From positions 1-33,827 of IMG/VR virus record IMGVR_UViG_3300021364_000086: a stretch of 33,827 nucleotides of DNA; one strand, given 5' to 3'. Made by a program: the position numbers and the translations under genes. Position 1 is the stretch's first letter. Every line of letters starts with the position of its first letter. Of the stretch, positions 19,301 to 27,100 are shown piece after piece. Below the pieces are notes generated by a model that made no database searches, was not told where the DNA came from, and worked only from the letters and a program-made list of their open reading frames with translations. The stretch comes from a virus. Its lineage: Duplodnaviria; Caudoviricetes.

Positions 19301-21010
19301 GAAAGCGTCAATGTGTTGATCTTTTTGATTTGCATAAGTTGATGCGTCAAATCTACCATTGAAATATGTTAACACAGACGAAATTGTTCTAGCATTAGAA
19401 TTTAATGCAGCATCATATCTAATTGCATCGACTAATAATTTAGTATCTCTTTGACATTTTGCTTCATCATAGCTAAATCCTGCATAGATACTAGGAGAGC
19501 CAGCCGAATTGCTAATTTGTAAATTAATCCAATCAACAACATCTTGAGCAATAGCATCTCTCTTGTTATCGATCAAAAGTTTTGCAAATTTATAGCCAGG
19601 TTCTCTAAATCTTAAAACAAATTCTTCAACAGGTGCATCACGATTAATACCTACAATAGTAATAGTTTGTTTACCTTGGCTAGCACCAGTTGACACAGCA
19701 TGAGCACGGTCAAACTCGAACGCTTTTGGAGAATAACCAGATGAACGCAGAGCATACAAACCAAAGTTAGTAGCAGAGTTGGTAATAGAACAATAACCAC
19801 CAGATTGTGTGTAAACACCGTTTAGTAGGAAGATTTGGAAACAGCTAACGATCTGTGCATAAGCATCGTTAAGTAGACGCCAACCTGTGCCACCAAACGA
19901 AAGCATGGTATATGCGTTAGCAACCATTGATTTACCTTGTTCAGGTACAGCACCTATTACTGGATTTTCAGCCTCAATGTTGTATCGAGGAACGTTTGGA
20001 GATTCAACCAATGCACCATCAATCTTAGCACCACTACCGCCTAAGAACGAAATAATCGAACAGTTCTGTGTATATGGAGAAGTGACAATTGTAGGCTTTG
20101 TGTTTGGCAGGTTAGTATACTGATCGCGGTCTGTGACATCAGTAGCATCTGGATCGTCAAAAACTGTTGCATAATCCCAAGTAATCAAAGGAACTTGGTT
20201 TTCATCAACACCATCGCGGAATGTAAATTCACCAAAATAACATGCGTTTCTTACACGGAACATATCCAAGTTAGCATTTGCCGGACGTACAATACATCCA
20301 CGCAAGCCGTCGCCTTTGATAACAACGTTGTCTGGAATAATAACAGGGTTGTCTTCTGTGTAGTCTCCAACCGCAACTTTTACGTTTACTCTCACACCAT
20401 TTATTGTTCCATCAGTATTGTATACTAATCCAGAAGCAATTTGACAGGCTCTCTTAACAGTTTTAACTGGAGCGCTCTGTCCATCGTTGTCGTCGTCACC
20501 TTGTTCTGCAGAAACATAAACAACATTACCACCAAACACGTCAGCATCAGCAAACTCTAATTGTCCATTACCATCTGTTTTTAAAATTTGTCCAACAGTA
20601 CCATTGACTAGAGGCAGAGTCAAATTATAACTGTTTGGCAAGTTGTAAGGAGCTTGAATACTAATACCGTCTTCACCTGATGCAATACTTTCACGCCAAG
20701 TGATTTTACCAAAGTCTTCCATATCAAGGTCATCTTTGATGTTAAACCCTGCATTGGTTAATGTCATCTTTTCATCGCCATTGACGGTCATGCTAATTTC
20801 AGCACTAGCACTATCGCCTAGGTCGTCTACTCTAACTTCGGTATTGTTTTCAAAAATTCTTTTTGTAATATCTTGTACGGTGTTATCATCTCTAAGTAGA
20901 TAAACTTTACCGTCTGCTGTGTTGATGGCTAATTCGCCTGATTCAAGTTGTGATACACTAGGTTGATTACCAGCGACCGCACTTCGCTTGTGTCTAATTG
21001 TTGTTGCCAT
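10307..21010 (-). CDS. Giant tail-fibre-like protein (3567 aa) with 3 phycobiliprotein-like domains and a C-terminal peptidase S74 intramolecular chaperone
   Basis: N-terminal I.HKRS.....P....L..GELAINTADGK fibre-attachment motif; beta-helix-like segment (YVS...GDD.NDG...PVKTVKRA); G/T/S-rich fibre repeats; LDADTLDG.DS..FLRSD repeats; C-terminal SDRRLKENI.PI.NALDKV..L.GV.F.WK...GVIAQEVEAVLP...V.YEKL.PLFIEAIKEQ. SD AGGAGG upstream. Confidence 0.85.
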   Translation of the reverse strand: MATTIRHKRSAVAGNQPSVSQLESGELAINTADGKVYLLRDDNTVQDITKRIFENNTEVRVDDLGDSASAEISMTVNGDEKMTLTNAGFNIKDDLDMEDFGKITWRESIASGEDGISIQAPYNLPNSYNLTLPLVNGTVGQILKTDGNGQLEFADADVFGGNVVYVSAEQGDDDNDGQSAPVKTVKRACQIASGLVYNTDGTINGVRVNVKVAVGDYTEDNPVIIPDNVVIKGDGLRGCIVRPANANLDMFRVRNACYFGEFTFRDGVDENQVPLITWDYATVFDDPDATDVTDRDQYTNLPNTKPTIVTSPYTQNCSIISFLGGSGAKIDGALVESPNVPRYNIEAENPVIGAVPEQGKSMVANAYTMLSFGGTGWRLLNDAYAQIVSCFQIFLLNGVYTQSGGYCSITNSATNFGLYALRSSGYSPKAFEFDRAHAVSTGASQGKQTITIVGINRDAPVEEFVLRFREPGYKFAKLLIDNKRDAIAQDVVDWINLQISNSAGSPSIYAGFSYDEAKCQRDTKLLVDAIRYDAALNSNARTISSVLTYFNGRFDASTYANQKDQHIDAFQNAKTFTAQIIQDSTFESRSDALWDEIVEVLEAGSSASVAGDDLVDARILPTAIDTNALNARNQLIANKEFIKKEITAWIASQVAAATNPFSPSFAYNQAKCENDIGLIIDALVYDISTGGNLQTIDAAIQYFVGTQSQLANGQKDETIAAYNRLKTVVGQVVTETPVAVSTGNVLSQDTSGTPATVTEEDFVEARVGEIVSYLDKDGTIDINLIEPDLDALGVSQALKDDFIRLNARGQDNIAQRVTRYINESIDAAKWYNFEYDQSKCLRDTKLILEAVAKDTWDTGNRYSRSAGLSYFTANLADSTRSSISGQELQTIAAIQQAATLTNAEITGKPGITTDIEDFVQGRFNIVSEAIRSPEEIPAPAESTSEGDITNSYIPTPTTTNIDAAADVDLTTGVFTVTGHGFSNGEKLIYDNNGNASIGGLNDEQTYYANVLDENTFSLTFDDSLEFPVALFQNVSNSGTHIFRTDIIEFYVEEILSSHQTYQTLILESGAESYHFVPGRSIQGTTGANNNSAFVHSWEPNERRLIVSIEEVAVGSSVLRIQFDATSTITQDHSASPNSTIAINEVSTKTGLGTATFSITATDGSSSVSNTANLPEKQVWFHRPSIVNSSAHTWEYAGSGTDYNALPQNGGNTRSEFEQYEELPGRVYSSGTNELGDFKVGDFITAFNRTGNITFRNKVQVDELDALRLSLSNVAIEEISTDVNLGDDEIGGPSNARLSTQLAVRSFISNRLGGFVDKTVSTAAVPGAIVQLNTNGQLNGELIPATRQFTNTNTNGYLSRLLQVDDIPAADLSAGDIATENYEQVELNLSGTITAADGAVITQPGVTGATGYAKGTFSTSTNILVATLDGAWDETDDSVGDPWDTTNNLNLFVDGVDSGVYPTSKGASSAIIDNFFLKSSNTSQYLNLDPSEDYNFTIVELSSVSRSSNVQTIVTSSAHGLNVGNQVRVECTEDETFNVNGEVISIPTSTSFTIANIGIDVSTISRTGNVFSIVTSADGGAQGAVTETRFGVAVNVDNGDITGGSGYTPTSGNKIYEDVALTTVSGSGTGARADITVTAGAVSDVDLRRGGTGYAVGDTLSANASDIGGTGSSFEIEVSAIEKRAYVNILGGELFVASTSSIDFVEDVDAVNTAFDIGLDNTVSLNFLAGTTGSGGSVDYSTDRITVTDHRLLDGDPLTYDTLGNVAIGGLLNGQVYYAKKIDDDTIEVYEDYSLLNQIEFLTTPLNNNHNFTRHVINLTDDSVIVQNHGLTTGDAIRINTLTDGSTTNALPNIDGKEIVDGARFFVGSVTTNSFTLHTLRSDALSSINGLVTNRKDIGTKGVGAARVTPSNVRVSTVVNTSSRIKNNWNTLAATNIDAENIISGTISPSRLGASGVPNSDTVLFGDSRYDTVVQSIKKANTTDNPITLTGSSSNAEFYGDPVNIGISNADYDPLGNFSTLGTSRFLQTQFDVNSNGSGEVFIKDGIVDAGTLDGLDSAYFLNPANLTSPVPVNRGGTNISTYAIGDIIYAQSAASLNTLNIGRQNTFLKSNGVTPEWGTALDLAEGLDVGSARLSSSSTATGQVYNDNVTTLEIGGDAENVKIGKNSDSRNISTSVDTYEATNTQDVVVNLSEVNVSTSAASANGEKVLLFSDTSQIAFGMTVAGSGSIPANTTVTGITEEEVFLSEDLTGSVLTGTTITFTNTPLTLGIRVGDTVIVASSGVTNLDGQWPVIGATENATSFTIRTNNNVNADPAVTQIGTISKENTIVIKNQNVVIGGGEFGTSPLPALIKGEGGIGTDVGGGSLTLRPGIGTGNATGGDFIVETGEEGTTGEGLQTITERMRIDTEGVTTFTGYTKFTDTTGIKVPVGTSAQRPGESGIYVAAAQGQIRYNTSDSTFEGYDGSNWGSLGGVKDVDQDTLIRPETSAGADNDELDFLTAGTQRMQIGATGDLGFGDGLTKFTIAYATGNTGIAGDLTITGDLTVNGTTTTLNSTTLQIDDKNIELGTVATPTDTTADGGGITLKGTTDHTITWSNANDSWDFSEHVNIISGKEYRINNASVLDANTLGANVINSSLQNVGALDGGSITSNFGNINIGSSNLTATGTITLGATSFGDNNITNVGSIALDTISGDNGTSMNFASSTQVNVDNTTQATSTTTGAMIVDGGVGIAKNLHVGGVYTGDGSGITNINASNLATGTVNDARLPTSQAGKTFTSDITVNGFRIGQGALAESTNLIFGDGDSITTGAQFNTGIGSGSIHGALSGDKNTAVGYVALSALTSANNNTAIGSDSQEQRTNAGNNNTSVGADTMANSTAGDDNTAVGYQALEIVTGSDNTVLGASSGRTLTSGSNNILIGKGIETAANTTSNFMQIGNASNNSLSVPGVNLSVNTTTLSFSGTTGFSGVGTNLTALNADQLTSGTVPDARISSSSVVQHQLDITGTGALDAGSITSGFGSINIGADNLTATGSVSLGATSFNDNNITNVGSIALDTIGADNGVSINFNSSTVVNIDNTTQSTASTNGALIVDGGVGIAKDVYVNGTINGNGSGLTSLNASNLGDGTVPNARIDGTYSNLTGTGALDAGSISSNFGNINIGTSTFTGNGSGLTSVDAATLDSIDSASFLRSDENDTTTGLLTINRNSSEQLRLQTQGSTQSPYISFYQAGTRRGYIQYVNGGAMRIYNDRTDEYLDVNSGVNGLIYNVGGTNYTVWHAGNDGAASGLDADTLDGIDSGSFLRSDANDSFSGTISGAGSINITGNITANAFTGDGSGITGVTADNADTLDGIDSTGFIRSTATASQNIYIRNTSPTLYLRDTDHNVAMLHTNSDLFYILRGPDDATSWAQVNSQWPAYWNLTNNDATMGRNVNAVGEVTAYSSDRRLKENIVPIENALDKVKSLNGVNFDWKSEVNDLGFHPTNQINDAGVIAQEVEAVLPQAIAKAPFDQEWDSEAREYKSKSGEDYITVKYEKLAPLFIEAIKEQDAKIEAQAAEIAELKEMVKKLLDK
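18210..19600 (-). repeat. Three phycobiliprotein-like helical domains within the 3567-aa fibre
   Basis: YDEAKCQRDTKLLVDA (Cys codon 19454-19456), YNQAKCENDIGLIIDA (18995-18997) and YDQSKCLRDTKLILEA (18491-18493). The repeats are seen directly; the fold assignment is inferred. Confidence 0.65.
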
Positions 21011-21084
21011 TGTGGCTGCCTCCTATATAGGTAACGGGTCAGGTCCTAAGACGCCCAATTAAAAACGATAGAGATCGTTATTAC

Positions 21085-21090
21085 TATTTA
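21085..21090 (-). promoter_or_regulatory. Late promoter core TAAATA for the 3567-aa fibre gene
   Basis: CATAAATAGT on the minus strand, 75 nt upstream of ATG 21010. Confidence 0.65.
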
Positions 21091-21116
21091 TGAAGGAAAG
21101 AAAAGTAGTAGCTTAA

Positions 21117-24100
21117 TTAAAAGCTACCACCATCAATTGTGTCAGTCCAGACTGGTGTTGCATCACTACCACTTGTGACAGTAAGTATTTGGAACGAATC
21201 GCTTGCATCGCTAGTGCCTGCTGCATCAGTGACTTGAACTGGATTTTGTGCATTACCGTACAAAATACCGTCTGTAGTAAATGTGCTTGTACCTGTACCA
21301 CCGTATTGCACTTCAAGATCAGTCACAAGTGTTAATGTGCCTGCATCCAAGTTTGTGACAATAATTCTGTTGTTGATAGCATCCAGCATTTCTGTACTAT
21401 CGTCTGCAAAAATACTACCTCTAAACCCTGCTGCATCAAGTATACCGGTCACAAACAAGTCTTGATCAATTTGAACATTTGTCGTAAATGTACTTGTGTT
21501 TTCGCTTAGTCTTAGTTTTTCAACACTTGCACCTGCAATTCTAGTTGTAAATACCATGTCAAAATCTTCGTCACCTGTGGTGACATCAGTGCTTACAACA
21601 TCAATTCTACCAGCAGTCACATAATTGTTGTTTGTGATTTCTTGTTCAAATGGTAAACCTATACCTGCACCAATTACAGCATTACCAGTTTGGTTATGGT
21701 GTGCAAGTATAATTGGATCAACAACATTATCTGTTGCACTATCTGATTCATTGCTGATAATTTTGAAGCTATCAGTTGTTCTAATAGTATTAGCCGGAAT
21801 AAAGATTTCATCAGTTGCTTTTTCTGTAAGTTGTAGAACATCGCTTTCGTTGCCGCTGATGTAGCCTCTAACGTGCAAGTTTCTTGCTATGCCAACGCCA
21901 CCTGATACAATCACTGCACCAGTATCATATGATGTGCTCTCAGTAGTGTTATCAAACTCTGTAAGGATTGTTCCTTTAATACTTAGTGTAGTTGGATCAA
22001 GTGTAATTCTCTGTACACCGTTGGTAAAGAATTCAAGTGTATCTTCATCCGATGCTGGTGATGTTTCAGGACGTATAAATGTATCTTGATCAACGTCTTT
22101 AACACCACCTAGTGAGCCCCAGTTAGCACCGTCATATCCTTCAAAGGTTTCGTCTGTTGTGTTAAAACGTATTTGACCAACTGCGGCTGTACTATCTGCT
22201 CCACGTTGTGCTGTTGTACCTACCGGAATCTGTAGTGTACCAACACTGTTAAATATTACAATCTCACTGTTTACTTGGAACACACTGTCTGTTGATACAG
22301 CACCCATTGTAATAGTGGTTGCATCACCAAATGCATTTACATTTTGTACATTTGTATTCAACAAGTTAAACGTGTCAAGAACGTTTGTTGTAATATCACC
22401 ACCGTCAACATTTAGATCTAAATCAATATCAACATTGTGTTTAATAGTTGTAGTACCAATACCTACTGCACCAATTGTTAACTGTGTTGTTCCACCTGCA
22501 AAGTTTAAATTGTTTGCATTGTCGTTTAACAAGTTAAATGTTGTACTTGTAGTTGTAATGTCTCCGCCGTCAACTGCAAGATCAGCATCGATTTCAACAT
22601 CACCTAATACAGTGCCGCCTGTGAGTTTGTTTAGATATCTATTCTCAACATAGTTTACAACTGCAACTTGTGTTGGAACAGTGTTAATATCACTTGCACC
22701 TGTACTTGCTCTCAAGTCTGAACTGTTGCTAACTTCTTTGAGTTCAACACCAACTGGAATACCAAAACGTTTGAACGGACCAATACTTGCAATACCGCTT
22801 AGACTAATTTCTTCAGCATTCAATGTAATAGCACCAGTAAGTGCGTTAACATTAAAGAAATTACCTACTCTAAAATTACCAATTTGGTCAACTGTACCAC
22901 CGGCAAATACTTTACCGTTGTCTGTTTCTGTGATTTCGTTTTCTGCTATAGCACTACCACCAAAGAACGGTAATGCGTTATAAGTCACACCTGCACCAAC
23001 ATATTCAAACGCATGTCCTGATGTCGAAACAGTCGATACGTTTTGCATACTACCAAGTGTGCCTTCTGCAACATATGTGACTTGAGGGAATAGATCTAGT
23101 TCTGCAACGCCTCCGTATTGTAGGTTAAGTAATCTAATTGCTTCATCTTCGATTGCTTTTGCATCAGCCAATACTAGTTCACGTTTTGCATTTGCACTTG
23201 TTTCAGCATTAGATTCATAATCATGATCAATTTCGTTTGGCAATACTGGGTATATACCTTGCGAAATTACTTCTGCAATTTTAGTCACGTTGTTTTCAAT
23301 TGAAAGTGTTGCAGTTGCAGTACCACCAGTAGCATTGTAAGTTTGAGTCAAACTATTGTCATCACTTACTACAACCTTTTGGTTTTGTCCAATCTTGCTC
23401 ATTATACTTGCAAGATGTTTGTATGCAAATTCTGTGACACCTTCTTGATCAGCATTGCTACCTGCTGTAGTAATACCTGCAAGAATTGTTCCTGTGTAAT
23501 ATGCTTCGCCTGCTCTGCGTGTTTGCTTATTACCGCCATACATCATATCATAAAGTGCAGCATCAATGATGTACTTTGTATCTCTTTCACACTTTGCAAC
23601 GTTGTAGCTAAATCCAATAATATTATCTCTGATAAAGTCTATAACACCTTGTTGAATTGTTGTATTTGCATTTGAAAGTGCATCTAGTGCAACGTTTGTA
23701 GAAACTGTGACCCAACTTGTGTCAGGTTCTTGATCAGTTGGTGTGCTCAACAAGTTGCCTGCTGTAATAGCATCGATTGTGATATTAAACAAGTTATTAG
23801 AAGTTGTAGCTTCATTGCTTGTACCGTATGGTCCGACTAAAGATTGTGTTTCTGTGTTGCCTGCACTAGGTGTGACTGCAATACCTTGAATTACTTGAGC
23901 AGCAACGGTTTTAACTCTTGTAAGAGCATCTGCTGTTTCAGTTTCTTGTCCGTATACTTGGCTATCACCGTCTAAGAAGTAGCTTCTTGCACTTGCCAGT
24001 GAACTCACATTGCCTGTGTATAATAAATCATGTGTTGTTGATTCAACAAGATATCCAACGTCTCTACGACACTTGACTTGATCATAACTAAATCCGTTTT

Positions 24101-27100
24101 GGTTTGTGTTTATGTAGTCAATAACACTTTGTACCAAGTCAGCACTACTGCTATCTCCAGTTGCTTGTATTAAATCTCTACTGTCTATTCTTGCAGTAGG
24201 AGCTCCTGTTTCATCAATTGCAGTTTCGGTTGGCAATATTTCTAAAGTATTTGCTCTTACAACATCTTCTACAATAGTAGAAAGCACATTAACCTGTGTT
24301 GCCTCAGTGGCGCTTGCATTACCAGCACTTGTATTTTGTCCAGGATAAGTTCCAACAACAATCTGTTGTAAAATTACACCTAGTTGATTTAGTGCATCTG
24401 CTGTACCTTCTTTTTGACTGTATGGCAAAACACTTGCATTATTTTCAAAATATGCTCTTGCATTTTGAATACTTGCAAGGTTGGTGCTATACATAATATC
24501 GTGACTTACTGCATCAATAATATATCCTGTGTCTCTTTCGCACTTAGTTTGATCAAAACTTAGACTTGGAAGATTTGCTGTAATCCAACTAATTAATTCA
24601 CTGATAATAAATGTTCTGTTGTTTTGCAGTTGTAATTGTGCATTGTTTCTGTTTGTATTTCCACTAGGATTAGGGAAACTTAATGCATCTGCATTACCAG
24701 TTCCGTTTTGAATAATATCAATGATTTCATCAAACAGTGCATTACAAGTTGCGACACTTGTAGCATCAGATGCAATTAAGTTAGCAACTTCACCCTTTAA
24801 ATGTGTAATTGCTGCAATTGTTTGAGTAATTTGATCGCTGATTACATATGCACTAACTGCTCTGTAATATGATAGTCCTGCTGTGATACTGTTGTAATTT
24901 GAACCTGTGATCAAGTCATTGCAAACAGCGTCTAGAATAAGTTGTGTGTCTCTAGCACACTTAGCACTATCGTATACAAAGTATTGATCGTTTATATATG
25001 CAATTGCTTCTTCTTGCAAGAATGCTTTGTTTTCTTGTAGCTGTCTGGCTGCATCAATTAGTTCTTGACTTGCTGGCACAGGTGCAGGATATGTTTGTCC
25101 TTCACTTGGCAGTGTTTGATATTCAAGCAATGTTAATACAGTGTCAAACCCATCTGTGACTCTAGTTGTAGCAGTTGTATCATCAGTGGTGTATGTAAGT
25201 GCTAAACGTTTTGCTTCTCTAATAGCAAGTATAGTTGCAGGTAATTGATCATCTTTAACTGTAGATGCATTTGCTCTAATGTATGCTTGTCCTGCTACAA
25301 TAGCATTATGATTTGTGTTTAATCTTGCATCTCTTACCACAGCATCGATAATTAATCCTGTGTCACGTTTACATTTTTCTCTATCGTATGTAAAGTTTGG
25401 ATAATTTGCAAGGATCCAAGTTGTTGACGCCGCAGCAAAGTTATCTTGTTGACCAAATATAGAACTAAATGCTGTTTGTAAGCTGGCATCTGCCCAGTCT
25501 GTGACTGCTCTGTTGGCAGTAGGCAAGTTATCAAGATTACCGTCATCTAACACATCAATAATAATTTGTATCAAGCTAGTTGCTGCGCCGACTTCTGTTG
25601 CACTTGCAGGATCACCTGTTGTATCTTGTGTTTCGTTATTTCCAGGACTTTTTGTCAGTGCTGACTCTAAAAGAATACCTGTGACTACACCTTGCAAATG
25701 TGTGTATGCTTGAATTGTAGCTGTTGTTTCTGCTGTACTGCCTAATTGACTTGAAGTTCCTACAAAATAGCTACTTGCTGTTTGTCTTGTAGCACTATTA
25801 CCCTCATACAAAATGTCATATATTAATGCATCAACAATGTATCCAACATCTCTTTCGCACTTGTCAGCATCGTATTCAAGTGTTGGGTTTTGTTGGTTAA
25901 CATATGCCCTTACTTCCTTTTTAATGAAAGTTCTGTTTGCAATAAGTTGATCTCTTGCATTAACTCTATTTGTAATTACACCAGTGGGCAATGGATATGT
26001 AATTGCATCTGCATTTGTAATATTACCAATTGTAATTTCTTTAATAACTGTATCTTGAATAGTTGTTTTAGCATTTTTCCAACTATTAACATCAGTTTGG
26101 ATACCTGCTGCTGCCCATGTATATGTTGGTTCAATAAGTGAAGGCATTCCGCTTACACTATTTGCTGTAATTACATCAGCAATAATTCTTACCAAACTTT
26201 CTGCATCAGCAACTTCATCAGAACTACCTAAGTTTCCAGTAGTAGTTTGTCCTGGGTAGTTTTCAATAACAATTTGACTTACAATGTTGTATGCCAAGTT
26301 ATTGTATGCGGCAGCAGTTATAGCTCTTTGATCTGCTGGTAGTTGACTTGTTGTACCTTCAAAGTATGCATCAGCTGCTCTGCGTGTTGCAAAGTTGCCG
26401 CCGTATTGAATATCAAAACTAATTGCATCAACAATGTATTTTGTATCTCTTGCACATTTAAGAGTATCGTATACAAAAGTAGGATAGTTAGCTGAAATCC
26501 AAGAATTTACTTCGCTTGCAATAAAATCTCTATTTGCTTGTAATAGTATTCTTGAATTTGTTGCGCTGCTGTTTGTTCCTGGATCAGTCCAAGTAATAGT
26601 ATCTGCTGCAACATCTGTGCTGACTTGTCCATTCTCTAAAATGTCTAAAATCTCATCAAATGCTGCATCTGATCTTGCTTCAGCAGTTGCATTTGACATG
26701 TAAGTGCCAGTTGCAAGTGTTTTCATGTATTGGTAAGATGCTTTTGTTTGATCAAACTGAGCGCTTAACACATATGCACTGTTTGCACGTTGATATGATA
26801 AGCCTGTGGTGACTGCATTATAGTTAGTGCCAAGTGCAACATCAAATGCAACACTGTCTACAATGTATCCAACATCTCTTCTACAAGTATCAGAATTATA
26901 AGCTCTGCCTGTAATGATATCAATAACTTCATCCCATGCTTCTGTGACTCTTGTTGTTGCTGTAGAATCAGCAGCCACATCAGACAATGCTAGTGTTAAT
27001 CCCTTAAGATAGTTGTAAGCAGCCACTGTCACAGTGGTTTGTGATCCTGTGGTTGACGAAGTTGTGTTGTAAACATCAGCACTTGCTCTTGCATATGCAA

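Noticed and set aside
13571-22115. Diversity-generating retroelement TR/VR pair or invertible segment
   Set aside because: The repeat is short, direct, and coding in both copies, without an adenine-specific mismatch pattern. There is no reverse transcriptase or invertase in the window.
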